Source: Actinomycetota bacterium
Lineage (GTDB): Bacteria > Actinomycetota > Acidimicrobiia > IMCC26256 > PALSA-555
Assembly: GCA_016870245.1 (NCBI GenBank)
Contig: VGCA01000002.1
Span: 1-58,207 of the forward strand
Direction: 5' to 3'
DNA: 58,207 nt
Each line of letters starts with the position of its first letter. Position 1 is the stretch's first letter. The notes beneath the pieces were generated by a model that was not told the origin of the DNA, ran no database searches, and saw only the letters and a program-made list of their open reading frames with translations. This document shows, piece after piece, positions 17,574-27,085 of the stretch. A program made the position numbers and the translations under genes.

Positions 17574-18453
17574 CCTCGATCCGTCCGACCCCGCCGTCGT
17601 CGCGGCCGAGGCGCTGGTGACCGCCATCGTCCCCGTCGTCGGGTCGCGGGTGGTCCGGCTGGCGACCGGGCAGCCCCTCCCGCCCGACGGCGCCGACGTC
17701 TGGCTGCTGCGCCCCGACCCGAACCATCGATCGACCGCCGATCTGCTGGAGTCCGTGGAAGGAGTGGCGGGCGGTCGGGGCGTGATGCTCCTCCACTCGG
17801 TGGGCTGGCCGACCGCAACTCGCGACTGCTACCCGGATCCGGCCCGGCTCCCGGCCGACGCGGTCCACCCCCACACCGCCATCGATCCCGCGGTGCGCGC
17901 GGAGGCGCGGGGCGCCGATGCGGTCGGCCGGCCCACAGCCGGTGGGCCCGCCTGGGCCATCCGCGACGGCGGCCCGGGCAACGGTGTCGCCACGGCGCTC
18001 GACGACTACCTCGCGCGCCATCCGGATCGCTGCGCCCGGCGGATGCCGGTCGGGTCGGGTCTCGCGGTGGTGTGGCCGGATGGCGACGCCGCGGTGCGGG
18101 CGGTGGTCGACGATCGGGCGACGTGGTGTGGCGACGACGTGCTGGAGGCCGTCGACGTCCAACGGCGCGCGCTCATGGTCCGCATCGCGGAACTCGAAGC
18201 GCAGCTGGTGGCGGCCGGCGACGCCGGGCCTCGCCTGCGCGACGAGAACGCGCGCCTTCGGTCGGCGGTCAACGACCAGGGGGTCGCGCTCGACGAGATC
18301 GCCCGCACCGCTGAGGAGCTCGGGTACTCCTCGGTGCTGCGGGCGGTCGACGCCGCCGAGCGGGTCGGCCGCCGGCGGCGCCCGGGCGCAAGCTTCCGCC
18401 AGCGGATCGAGGCGATCCGCGCCCGCGCGGTCGACGCGCGGCGCCATGGCTGA
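17566..18453 (+). CDS. Degenerate methyltransferase-like protein with C-terminal coiled coil
   Basis: Overlaps both neighbours. LLHSVGWP..RDCY and GGPGNGV.TA.DDY recall glycan-locus methyltransferases. Helical tail RIAELEAQL..LRDENARLR. Confidence 0.55.
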   Translation: MPDLDPSDPAVVAAEALVTAIVPVVGSRVVRLATGQPLPPDGADVWLLRPDPNHRSTADLLESVEGVAGGRGVMLLHSVGWPTATRDCYPDPARLPADAVHPHTAIDPAVRAEARGADAVGRPTAGGPAWAIRDGGPGNGVATALDDYLARHPDRCARRMPVGSGLAVVWPDGDAAVRAVVDDRATWCGDDVLEAVDVQRRALMVRIAELEAQLVAAGDAGPRLRDENARLRSAVNDQGVALDEIARTAEELGYSSVLRAVDAAERVGRRRRPGASFRQRIEAIRARAVDARRHG

Positions 18454-20599
18454 CGCTCGGGTCCGCCCCGTTCGGATGGGAGCCCTCAGCGTGGTGCTGA
18501 CGGCGCCGACGGACGAGAGCGTGCGGGCGTTGTGCGAGGTCCGGTTCCCGCCCGCCGGACACGAGGTGGTGGTGGTCGGCCGGGACTCCGACCGGGCGCG
18601 GGTCCAAGGCGCGGGCCTCCCGGGGACGGTGCGGTTCGTGACGCGCCAGGCGTCGTGGAGCCTGGGTGAGGCTCGGAACCACGCGGCGCGGACCGCGCGG
18701 GGAGAGCACCTGGCGTTTCTCGACGGCGACGCGTGCGCGGATCCGGACTGGGTCGCGGCGGCACTCGAGCGCTTCCGGCTCGACGCCCGGGTGGCTGCGG
18801 TCGCGAGTGCAGCAGAAGCCGCCGACGGTCGCCGGTTCGCGGGCGTCGCACTGGACGCATCGGGGATGCCGGTCGCCCTCGCCGACGGAGGTCCCCACGC
18901 GTCGCGTGCGGTGCTGGGCCCGGCCGGGACGCCCTTCGTCGCGGAGGCACGCGCGTTCGGCTGGGTCGGCGGCTACGACCCCACCGTCGGGGCCGAGCTC
19001 GAGGATCTGGACCTCGGTTGGCGGCTGTGGCTCGCCGGTTTCCAGGTCTGGTTCGCCGCGGATTCCCGGGTGCGAGTGCCGCGGTGGGACCTGCCGACCC
19101 CGTCACCCGCGGCCGCCCGCGCGCTCGTGGGCCGGCGCACGGCGTCGGTCTCCGAGGGCCACCTCCACCGCATCCCCGATGTCACGCTGTGGACGCGGCT
19201 GGGGGTCGACGCAGTGCGGCCGGCCGGTGGTCGGGTGCGGGTGCTGGTGGTCACCCCCGACGTCATCGCGCCCCGGATGGCGGGTCCCGCGATCCGCGCG
19301 GTGGAGATCGGCTCGGCGCTCGCCGCGCACCACCACGACGTCGAAGTCGTGTCCACCGTCCGTTGCGATCCGATCGACGCGCCGGTCCCGGTCTCGCGCA
19401 CCGACGACGCCGCGCTGCGGGTGGCGGTCGCCCGGGCCGACGTCGTCGTGATCCAGGGGCACGTCCTGGACCACCACCCGTGGATCGCCTCGGTGCCCCA
19501 GGTGGTCGTCGTCGACCTCTACGACCCCATCCAGCTCGAGGTGCTGGAGCACTCACGCGAGCTCGCGTTGGCCCAGCGTCGCCTGCACGTGCGTTTCGCC
19601 TCCGAGACCATCGACCGTCAGCTCCGGCGGGGTGACTACTTCCTCGTGGCGAGCGAGAAGCAGCGCGACCTGTGGATCGGCCAGCTCACCCAGGCCGGGC
19701 GGGTCAATGCCACCACCTACGACGGGGACCCCGACCTTCGTGGCCTGGTCGACGTCGTCCCGTTCGGCATCCCGGAGGACCCTCCGGCCGCCACGGCGCC
19801 GGTGATGCGGGGCGTCGTGCCGGGGATCGGGGCCGACGATCCCGTCATCCTCTGGGCCGGTGGCATCTACAACTGGTTCGACCCCCTCACGCTGATCCGG
19901 GCCCTCGATGCGCTCCGCCGCGACCTCCCCACCGTGCGGCTGTTCTTCATGGGGATGCACCATCCGCATCCCGAGGTGCCCGAGATGGAGATGGCGCGGC
20001 GCACGCGGGCGCTCGCGGAGGAGCTCGGCCTGGTCGGGGTCCACGTCTTCTTCAACGAGGGGTGGGTCGAGTACGACCGTCGCCAGGACTACCTGCTCGA
20101 GGCCGACGTGGGCGTCAGCACCCACCTCGAGCACCTCGAGACCGCGTACTCGTTCCGAACCCGGATCCTCGACTACCTCTGGGCCTCCCTCCCCATCGTG
20201 GCCACCTCCGGCGACGGCATGGCGACCATGATCGAGGAGGAGGGCCTCGGGGCGGTCGTGCCCCCTGGTGACGTCGACGGGCTGCGCGCCGCGCTCCACG
20301 ACCTCCTCTCCGACCCCGCTCGCCGGTCGGCATGTCGGGCGGCGATCGCGGCACGCCGGTTCGACCACCGGTGGTCGCAGGTGGTGGCCCCCTTGGTGAC
20401 GTTCTGTGCGGCTCCCGCACGCGCTCCGGACCTCGTCGACCCGCGGGAGACGGCGCTGCGTGGCGACCGACGCGCCGCGGCGGTCTGGGGGAGTGGCTGG
20501 CGGCAGAGCGCGCGCATCGCGCTCGGCCACGCGCGGCGCGGCGAGTGGGACGAGGTCACCCACAAGCTGTCGGTGCGGTTCATGCGCGACCGGGACTGA
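18446..20599 (+). CDS. Two-domain glycosyltransferase (divergent GT2 plus GT4-like)
   Basis: N-terminal ARN..AFLDGD..EDLDLGWR. C-terminal MAGPAIR, VDLYDP, WAGGIYNWFDP and ETAYSFRTRILDY. Confidence 0.82.
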   Translation: MADARVRPVRMGALSVVLTAPTDESVRALCEVRFPPAGHEVVVVGRDSDRARVQGAGLPGTVRFVTRQASWSLGEARNHAARTARGEHLAFLDGDACADPDWVAAALERFRLDARVAAVASAAEAADGRRFAGVALDASGMPVALADGGPHASRAVLGPAGTPFVAEARAFGWVGGYDPTVGAELEDLDLGWRLWLAGFQVWFAADSRVRVPRWDLPTPSPAAARALVGRRTASVSEGHLHRIPDVTLWTRLGVDAVRPAGGRVRVLVVTPDVIAPRMAGPAIRAVEIGSALAAHHHDVEVVSTVRCDPIDAPVPVSRTDDAALRVAVARADVVVIQGHVLDHHPWIASVPQVVVVDLYDPIQLEVLEHSRELALAQRRLHVRFASETIDRQLRRGDYFLVASEKQRDLWIGQLTQAGRVNATTYDGDPDLRGLVDVVPFGIPEDPPAATAPVMRGVVPGIGADDPVILWAGGIYNWFDPLTLIRALDALRRDLPTVRLFFMGMHHPHPEVPEMEMARRTRALAEELGLVGVHVFFNEGWVEYDRRQDYLLEADVGVSTHLEHLETAYSFRTRILDYLWASLPIVATSGDGMATMIEEEGLGAVVPPGDVDGLRAALHDLLSDPARRSACRAAIAARRFDHRWSQVVAPLVTFCAAPARAPDLVDPRETALRGDRRAAAVWGSGWRQSARIALGHARRGEWDEVTHKLSVRFMRDRD

Positions 20600-22025
20600 G
20601 CGCCTCGTCCGGACCGTGCTCGCGTTGCCGCCGGTCTGACGGCGGCGCTGCGGCCCATGGGTCGTCGCCGTGGCGGGCCCGCCACCAGGAGACGAGCCCC
20701 ACACCGGCGATCACCGGTCCCAGGACCACCTGGAAGTACTGGAACCGGAACTCGACGAGGGGCGCTGCGACCACGAGCACCCCCTGGAGCAGCACCTGGA
20801 GCGCGAGTGTCGCCACGCCGAACACCCGGGCGCTCGCCCCGACGACGAGCAGGGCCACTGATCCGATGATCCCCACGAGTAGGTACAGCCAGGGCATGTG
20901 CAACACGCCGGGGGTGCCGCGCCCGCGGTCGAACGCGTCGAGGTAGTTCGCGCGGGCATCGGCCAAACCGGTGAATCGTTGCCGGAGCTCGCGACTCGCG
21001 CGATTCAGCGCGTCGCTGCGGTCGAACCAGGCGCTCAGGTTTCCCGAGCGAAGCCCCCACGACTTCGTCGCCAGGTCGGCGCGCACGATGAGATAGTCGA
21101 TCGGGTGGTCGAGCACGGCGCGTGCCCACGCCGCGCGGACCTCGTCGCCGTGGCCGGCGGTGTACGGCGCGTAGTCCACCAGGGGATCAGCCGGGTACAC
21201 CACGGACCCGACCTGCCCCTCGATCCACGCCTCCCGAATGGCGGTGAGGTCGGCGGTCCGCAGGCTCGCCGGGAAGACGAGCTCGTCGCGACGCAGCGAC
21301 ATCGCGACCAGATCCTGCCAGTAGAGGATCTCGTCGGGAGCGTAGGTGCGCTCGGTGGCGATCCGCGCGACGACGGCGTGGGTACCGAGGCCGACGACCA
21401 GGGCGGCCAGCGCGCCGGCACAGACACGCAGCCACGTGTGGGTCGCGCGGGCCTGCCGGGCCCAGGCCCATCCCATCAGTCCGCCCACGGCGACGAGCAC
21501 GGGGAAGCCGTTCTGACGGGCGTCGGCCGCGAACCAGGCGGCGGCGAACGCGCCGCCGAGCAGGGGCCACCGATGGCGGGGGCGGCGGATGGCCCAGCCC
21601 ATCGCCGCGACGGCCGCGACGGTCAGCGCCACGAACCAGACGTCGCGACCGACCCAGCCCGCCATCCCGTAGACGGGGGGCCAGAGGACGAGGAGCGCCG
21701 TCGCGATGCAGGCGGGAACGCGACGGATCCCGAGGCGGAAGCAGGCGAGCACTGCCGCGACGAGTCCGACGGTGCACAGCACGAGTGCCGTGCCGACCGG
21801 GAGCCCGGCACCGTCCAACCCTCCCCAGACGCATTGGAGCACGGGCGCGTACCAGTTTGAGATTCGGTTCTCGCGGGCGGCACGGAGCATCGTCTGCGAG
21901 TCGATGGTGAACACCCCGGGCCACACGGGGACGACGACGATGAGGGTGAGGCCCAGCACGACGAGGGCTTCCGGCCACAGGCTCCGGAGCCCGGCGCGGC
22001 TCCGGGTGGTCGGACTCGTCGGCAC
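20580..22025 (-). CDS. GT-C-like polytopic membrane protein, paralog of the C-terminal part of 5741..8323
   Basis: WPGVFTID, NWYAP, GRDVWF, RQNG and RFQY; about 10 TM segments. Confidence 0.68.
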   Translation of the reverse strand: MPTSPTTRSRAGLRSLWPEALVVLGLTLIVVVPVWPGVFTIDSQTMLRAARENRISNWYAPVLQCVWGGLDGAGLPVGTALVLCTVGLVAAVLACFRLGIRRVPACIATALLVLWPPVYGMAGWVGRDVWFVALTVAAVAAMGWAIRRPRHRWPLLGGAFAAAWFAADARQNGFPVLVAVGGLMGWAWARQARATHTWLRVCAGALAALVVGLGTHAVVARIATERTYAPDEILYWQDLVAMSLRRDELVFPASLRTADLTAIREAWIEGQVGSVVYPADPLVDYAPYTAGHGDEVRAAWARAVLDHPIDYLIVRADLATKSWGLRSGNLSAWFDRSDALNRASRELRQRFTGLADARANYLDAFDRGRGTPGVLHMPWLYLLVGIIGSVALLVVGASARVFGVATLALQVLLQGVLVVAAPLVEFRFQYFQVVLGPVIAGVGLVSWWRARHGDDPWAAAPPSDRRQREHGPDEALSPGRA

Positions 22026-22036
22026 GTGGGCCCGGC

Positions 22037-23347
22037 CTACGACGGTCCTGCCACCGGAGCGTTGCGCCGCATCCCGGGCAACCGGGCCGCGGCGGCGCCG
22101 AGGGCGCGGAGGCGACCGCCGACGACGGCCGCGTGCGGCCGTTGCCCGCGCAGGGCCGGGGCGACGACGTCGCGTACCGCGTAGGAGCCGGTCACGGCGA
22201 GGTGGCGTACGAACGTCCGGCTGACATCACCGAGGCCGGCGTGCGCGCAGTGCACGAGCAGCCGGTTGCGCTCGTTGTAGTGGGTGGCGAGCGGGGACCC
22301 CTCGACGCTGGTCGCGGAGTGCACGTGGCGCACGATCGAATCGGGCGCGGTGCGGTACCGCCAGCCCCGGCGCGTACCGCGCCGCGACAGCTCGACGTCC
22401 TCGTAGTAGAGGAACAGCCGCTCGTCGAAGAGACCCACGTCGTCGAGATACGCCTTGGCGAGCAGCACCGCAGCGCCGCACCACGCCGCCACGTCGACGG
22501 GCTCGTCGTACTGGCCGCGGTCGATCTCGAGCCAGCCTCGGTCGGCGCAGTAGCCGTCGGCCGCGACCACGGTGCCGACGTTGTTGACGACCTCGACCGG
22601 CACGCCATCGGTGGCGACTTCGTACCACTCCGGGCTGGTGCCGACCGCGAGGGTGGTCGTCGCGCTGCCCGCGCGCACCGTCACGTCGACCGGCGCGTCG
22701 GCGGCCAGTCGGAGGCCCACGGTCGAGGGCGGCTCGGCGGTGAGGACCGGCACCCGCAGGAGTGCGCGGCCGGCCGTCCATTGCCCGCCCGACTCGGCGG
22801 CCGGCATGGGCTCGCCACCCCAGAACCCCTCCACCAGCTGGGTGCGGCGCCAGAGGTCGTCGGCGCCCACGCGGGTGCCGCTGAGGCGCACGCCGAGGTC
22901 GCGGCGGTCGCCGCGGCCGCGCCGGTGGGTCGGCCCGTCGATGGTCACCTCCACCGCAGGTGCGGCGAGCAGGATCTTCGGGCAGGCGGCGCCGATGCGC
23001 GCCGCCGGATCGGCGAAGGTCGCCACGAGCGGGTCGAGCCAGCCCGGGGTGACGGTGGCGTCGTTGTTGACCAGGGCCACGAAGTCGGCGTCGCCCCGCT
23101 CCCGCATGCCGAGGTTGGCGCCGCCCGCGAGCCCGCGGTTCTCGTCGCTGCGGACCACCTGCACCCGGGGGAGCTCGGCGGTGACGGTGTCGGTGACGGG
23201 GGTCGACGACGCGTTGTCGACCAAGACGACGCGCAGCCGGTCGGCCGGCCAATCCGACGCGAGGATGCTGCGCAGGCAGTCGAGCGTGAGCGCGCCGCCG
23301 TCGTAGTCGACGACCACCACGTGCACGAGCGGCCGCTCGGTCATCAC
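22037..23347 (-). CDS. GT2 glycosyltransferase (rhamnosyltransferase-like) with an internal insertion
   Basis: VDNAS, ENRGLAGGAN, VNND and FDERLFLYYEDVE. Directly downstream of the rml genes. Confidence 0.85.
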   Translation of the reverse strand: MMTERPLVHVVVVDYDGGALTLDCLRSILASDWPADRLRVVLVDNASSTPVTDTVTAELPRVQVVRSDENRGLAGGANLGMRERGDADFVALVNNDATVTPGWLDPLVATFADPAARIGAACPKILLAAPAVEVTIDGPTHRRGRGDRRDLGVRLSGTRVGADDLWRRTQLVEGFWGGEPMPAAESGGQWTAGRALLRVPVLTAEPPSTVGLRLAADAPVDVTVRAGSATTTLAVGTSPEWYEVATDGVPVEVVNNVGTVVAADGYCADRGWLEIDRGQYDEPVDVAAWCGAAVLLAKAYLDDVGLFDERLFLYYEDVELSRRGTRRGWRYRTAPDSIVRHVHSATSVEGSPLATHYNERNRLLVHCAHAGLGDVSRTFVRHLAVTGSYAVRDVVAPALRGQRPHAAVVGGRLRALGAAAARLPGMRRNAPVAGPS

Positions 23348-23437
23348 CCCCGCTCCTGGCGCTCCGCGCCGGGCCGCTCCGGCCCTGCTCGCCGCTCGCG
23401 AGCCTTCGTCCGCACCCGGGGCTCGCTCACGGTCGGC

Positions 23438-24283
23438 TCACGTCGTGAGCGCGGCGACCACGCGGTCGAGCGACTCGCGGTAGTGGGGGAGCGGGGCCAG
23501 CCCCGAGAGGCGGAGCGCGACGTCGTCGAGGACCGAGTTCTCTGGGCGGGGGGCCGGTCGCGGCGGAACCATCTCGGCGGTGGTGACGGGTTCCACCCGG
23601 GCCGGGTCGTGGCCGGCCGACTCCATCACCGCGCGCGCGAACTCGAACCACGACACCTCGCCCTGGTTGGTGGCGTGGAACAGGCCCGGGCGGCGCTCCG
23701 CGACGATGGTGCGCACGAACGCGGCAACATCGGCCGCCGCGGTGGGCCGGCCCCGCTGGTCGGTCACGAAGCGCAGCGTGGGGTGGTCCGCCGCGACCCG
23801 CAGGATCGTCTTGACGATGTTGCCGCCGTGCTCGCCGAACACCCACGCGATCCGCACGATCGTGGTGTCGGGGGTGCCGAGCAGCTCGAGCTCGCCGGCG
23901 TACTTGGAGCGCCCGTACACCGACTGCGGGTTGGGGGTGTCCCACTCGTCGTACGCCGTGGGCTTCGTGCCGTCGAACACGTAGTCGGTGGAGAGGTGCA
24001 CGAGGTGGGCGTCGGTGCGGCGGGCCGCCTCCGCGAGGTGGCGCACGGCCAGGGCGTTGGTTCGGTATGCCCGGTCGACTTCGGTCTCGCAGGCGTCGAC
24101 CGCGGTGTAGGCGCCCGCGTTGACGATGGCGTCGGGCCGCAGCGACGCGACCGCGGCGAGGACCGACGCGCGGTCGGTGATGTCGAGGCTGGCCCGGTCG
24201 GCGGCGACGACGTCGTGCCCGGCGAGCTCGGTCGCCAGCTCGTGACCGACCTGCCCGCCGGCGCCGGTGATCAGGACCCGCAT
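23438..24283 (-). CDS. rmlD: dTDP-4-dehydrorhamnose reductase
   Basis: GAGGQVG, AYTAVD, STDYVFDG, YGRSK and PAPRP. Confidence 0.95.
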   Translation of the reverse strand: MRVLITGAGGQVGHELATELAGHDVVAADRASLDITDRASVLAAVASLRPDAIVNAGAYTAVDACETEVDRAYRTNALAVRHLAEAARRTDAHLVHLSTDYVFDGTKPTAYDEWDTPNPQSVYGRSKYAGELELLGTPDTTIVRIAWVFGEHGGNIVKTILRVAADHPTLRFVTDQRGRPTAAADVAAFVRTIVAERRPGLFHATNQGEVSWFEFARAVMESAGHDPARVEPVTTAEMVPPRPAPRPENSVLDDVALRLSGLAPLPHYRESLDRVVAALTT

Positions 24284-24299
24284 CGGCGCACCCCGCCCG

Positions 24300-25262
24300 T
24301 CAGCGACCGGGCGCCTTGAGCGGCTGCCACCACCACGGGTTGTCGCGGTACCAGTCGACCGTGGACTCGAGCGCCTCGTGCAGCTCGCGCGCCGGCTTCC
24401 AGCCGAGCGCCTCCACCTTCTCGGTGCTGATCGAGTACCGGCGGTCGTGACCGAGGCGGTCCTCCACGTAGTCGATCATCTCCTCGCCGTGGCCGAGCAG
24501 GGCGAGGATCGTGTCGGTGAGCTCGCGGTTGGTGATCTCGTTGCCCGCACCGATGTTGTAGATCTCGCCGACGGTCCCGCCCCGGAGCACGAGGTCGACC
24601 GCCGCGCAGTTGTCCATCACGTGGCACCAGTCGCGGATGTTCATGCCGTCGCCGTAGAGCGGGACCTTGTGGCCCTCCAGGAGGTTGGTCACGAACAGCG
24701 GGATGACCTTCTCGGGGAACTGGTACGGCCCGAAGTTGTTGGACGAGCGGGTGACGAGCACCGGCAGGCCGTAGGTGGTGCGGTACGACATCGCGACGAG
24801 GTCGGAGCCGGCCTTCGACGCCGAGTACGGGGACCGCGGCTCGAGCCGGTCGGACTCGGTGAACGACCCCTCCTCGATCGAGCCGTAGACCTCGTCGGTG
24901 GAGATGTGGAGGAATCGCTCGACGCCGACGTGGCGGGCGACGTCGCACATCACGTTGGTGCCGTCGCAGTTGGTACGCACGAACTCGTCGGGGTTGACGA
25001 TCGAGCGGTCGACGTGGCTCTCGGCCGCGAAGTGCACGATCGCGTCGTGGCCGGGGACGGCCGCCATCACCGCGTCGCGGTCGGTGATGTCGCCCTTCAC
25101 GAACGTGTAGCGGGGGTCGCCCTCGAGGTCCTTGAGGTTCTCCAGGTTGCCTGCGTACGTGAGCGCGTCGAACACCGTGACCGAGTCGTCGGAGTTCGCG
25201 AGCACGTAGTGGACGTAGTTGGAGCCGATGAAGCCGGCACCGCCGGTGACGAGGAGTCGCAT
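24300..25262 (-). CDS. rmlB: dTDP-glucose 4,6-dehydratase
   Basis: TGGAGFIGSN, AAESHVDRS, STDEVYG, PYSASK and QFPEK. Confidence 0.96.
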   Translation of the reverse strand: MRLLVTGGAGFIGSNYVHYVLANSDDSVTVFDALTYAGNLENLKDLEGDPRYTFVKGDITDRDAVMAAVPGHDAIVHFAAESHVDRSIVNPDEFVRTNCDGTNVMCDVARHVGVERFLHISTDEVYGSIEEGSFTESDRLEPRSPYSASKAGSDLVAMSYRTTYGLPVLVTRSSNNFGPYQFPEKVIPLFVTNLLEGHKVPLYGDGMNIRDWCHVMDNCAAVDLVLRGGTVGEIYNIGAGNEITNRELTDTILALLGHGEEMIDYVEDRLGHDRRYSISTEKVEALGWKPARELHEALESTVDWYRDNPWWWQPLKAPGR

Positions 25263-25264
25263 GC

Positions 25265-25834
25265 TCAGAACCGGAGTCCGTATCGGGGCCGGACCGCGGG
25301 GTCGAGGTCGGCGCGGGTGGGGTTGGTCTCGTCTCGCCCCGACAGGATCGGGTCGGTGACCCCCCAGTCGGCGGCGATCGCCGGGTCGTTCCAGAGGACG
25401 CCCAGCTCGTCGCCGGGGTTGTGGTACCCGTCGACGAGGTAGGTGATGGTCATGTCGGTGAGCGACGCGAAGCCGTGGGCCACCCCGGGCGGGATGTAGA
25501 TGCCGCGGTGGTCGTGGCCGCCGTCGGCGGTGGCGCCCAGCTCGGTGCAGTAGGTAGCGCCGTCGGTGGGGGAGCCCTCGCGCAGGTCGTGGAGCACCAC
25601 CCGCGCCCGTCCGTAGGGGACGTACCAGTAGTCGGCCTGGTGCAGGTGGTAGTGCAGGCCCACGATGCAGCCGGCCTGGCGGTCGGCCCGGTTGGCCTGG
25701 ATCATCTCCCGGCTCGCCTGGGGGATCCACTCGCGGCGGTACGTCTCGATGAACTGCCCGCGCGCGTCGCCGAAGATCTTCGGCTCGACGATGTACACGC
25801 CCGCGATCACGGGCGACTCGGTGACCGTGGTCAT
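25265..25834 (-). CDS. rmlC: dTDP-4-dehydrorhamnose 3,5-epimerase
   Basis: FGDARG.F.E, GLHYH, DLREGSPT, PPGVAHGF and WNDP. Confidence 0.92.
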   Translation of the reverse strand: MTTVTESPVIAGVYIVEPKIFGDARGQFIETYRREWIPQASREMIQANRADRQAGCIVGLHYHLHQADYWYVPYGRARVVLHDLREGSPTDGATYCTELGATADGGHDHRGIYIPPGVAHGFASLTDMTITYLVDGYHNPGDELGVLWNDPAIAADWGVTDPILSGRDETNPTRADLDPAVRPRYGLRF

Positions 25835-25845
25835 CGGCGTGCTGT

Positions 25846-26931
25846 CTACTCCAGGTCGATCTTCGAATGGTCGCCGAGCATCAGCCGCAGCGCGCGGGGG
25901 CGGACGCCCGAGCGGGTGACCTCCACGTCGCGTCCGATGAGCGAATCGGCGATGCCGACCACCCCGAGGATGCGCGCCCGGTCGAGGACGACCGAATGGT
26001 CGAGCTCGGAGTCGGCGATGGTGCAGTCGGCCCCGATCGAGGTGAACGGCCCGATGTAGCTGTTCTCCACCACCGTGTCGGGCCCGACGATCGACGGGCC
26101 GCGCACCCGCGAGTTGGTGATGACCGCGCCCTTCTGGATCACGACCCGACCCTCGATGCTCGAGCGGTCGTCGACCGTGCCGAGGTTCTCGGGTTCGAGC
26201 GTCTCGAGGATGTAGCGGTTGCTCTCGAGGAGCGGGTCCTTCTTGCCGGTGTCGAGCCACCAGCCCTGCAGCACCTCGTGGACCACCCGGTGGCCGTGGT
26301 CGAGGAGCCACTGGATGGCGTCGGTGATCTCGAGCTCGCCGCGCGGCGACGGCTCGATCGCGGCGACGGCTTCGTGGATGGTGGGGTCGAACAGGTAGAC
26401 GCCCACCAGCGCGAGATCCGACGGCGGGTGCTCGGGCTTCTCGACGAGGCGCACCACCTCGCCGGTTCCGGTGACCTCGGCGACCCCGAACTGACGGGGG
26501 TCCTCCACCTTGGCGAGGAGGATCTGCGCGGCCGGCGCGTCGGGGCCCTCGGCGGCCCGGGCCGCCTCGAACCGGCCGACGAACTCCACGAGGCCCTGCT
26601 GGAGCATGTTGTCGCCGAGGTACATCACGAAGTCGTCGTCGCCGAGGAACTCGTGGGCGATGAGGACGCAGTGGGCCAGCCCGAGGGGGGCCTCCTGGGG
26701 CAGGTACGTGACCCTCACGCCCCAGCGGCTGCCGTCGCCCACCGCGAGGCGGATCTCCTCGGCGGTGTCGCCGACGATGATCCCGATCTCGCGGATCCCG
26801 GCCTCGGCCATGTCCTCGATGCCGTAGTAGAGGATCGGCTTGTTGGCCACCGGGACGAGCTGCTTCGCGCTCGTGTGGGTGATCGGCCGCAGCCGCGTGC
26901 CGGCGCCCCCGGCGAGGATCAGTCCCTTCAT
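25846..26931 (-). CDS. rmlA: Glucose-1-phosphate thymidylyltransferase, long form
   Basis: MKGLILAGGAGTRLRPIT, AKQLVPVANKP, SPRGELEITD; C-terminal hexapeptide-like region. Confidence 0.95.
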   Translation of the reverse strand: MKGLILAGGAGTRLRPITHTSAKQLVPVANKPILYYGIEDMAEAGIREIGIIVGDTAEEIRLAVGDGSRWGVRVTYLPQEAPLGLAHCVLIAHEFLGDDDFVMYLGDNMLQQGLVEFVGRFEAARAAEGPDAPAAQILLAKVEDPRQFGVAEVTGTGEVVRLVEKPEHPPSDLALVGVYLFDPTIHEAVAAIEPSPRGELEITDAIQWLLDHGHRVVHEVLQGWWLDTGKKDPLLESNRYILETLEPENLGTVDDRSSIEGRVVIQKGAVITNSRVRGPSIVGPDTVVENSYIGPFTSIGADCTIADSELDHSVVLDRARILGVVGIADSLIGRDVEVTRSGVRPRALRLMLGDHSKIDLE

Positions 26932-27085
26932 AGGTCCGCGGGATCCTAGTTCCGGCGGCCCTGCGGCCTCCGGGGCGGCGGTGCAGCCGGGGTTCCCGGG
27001 CACCCGCCGCTAGGCTCCGTCGATCCCGGTCAGGCTCCGCGGTCGTCGTTCGCCGACCCGGATCGACCGTTGCCGGATCGAGACG

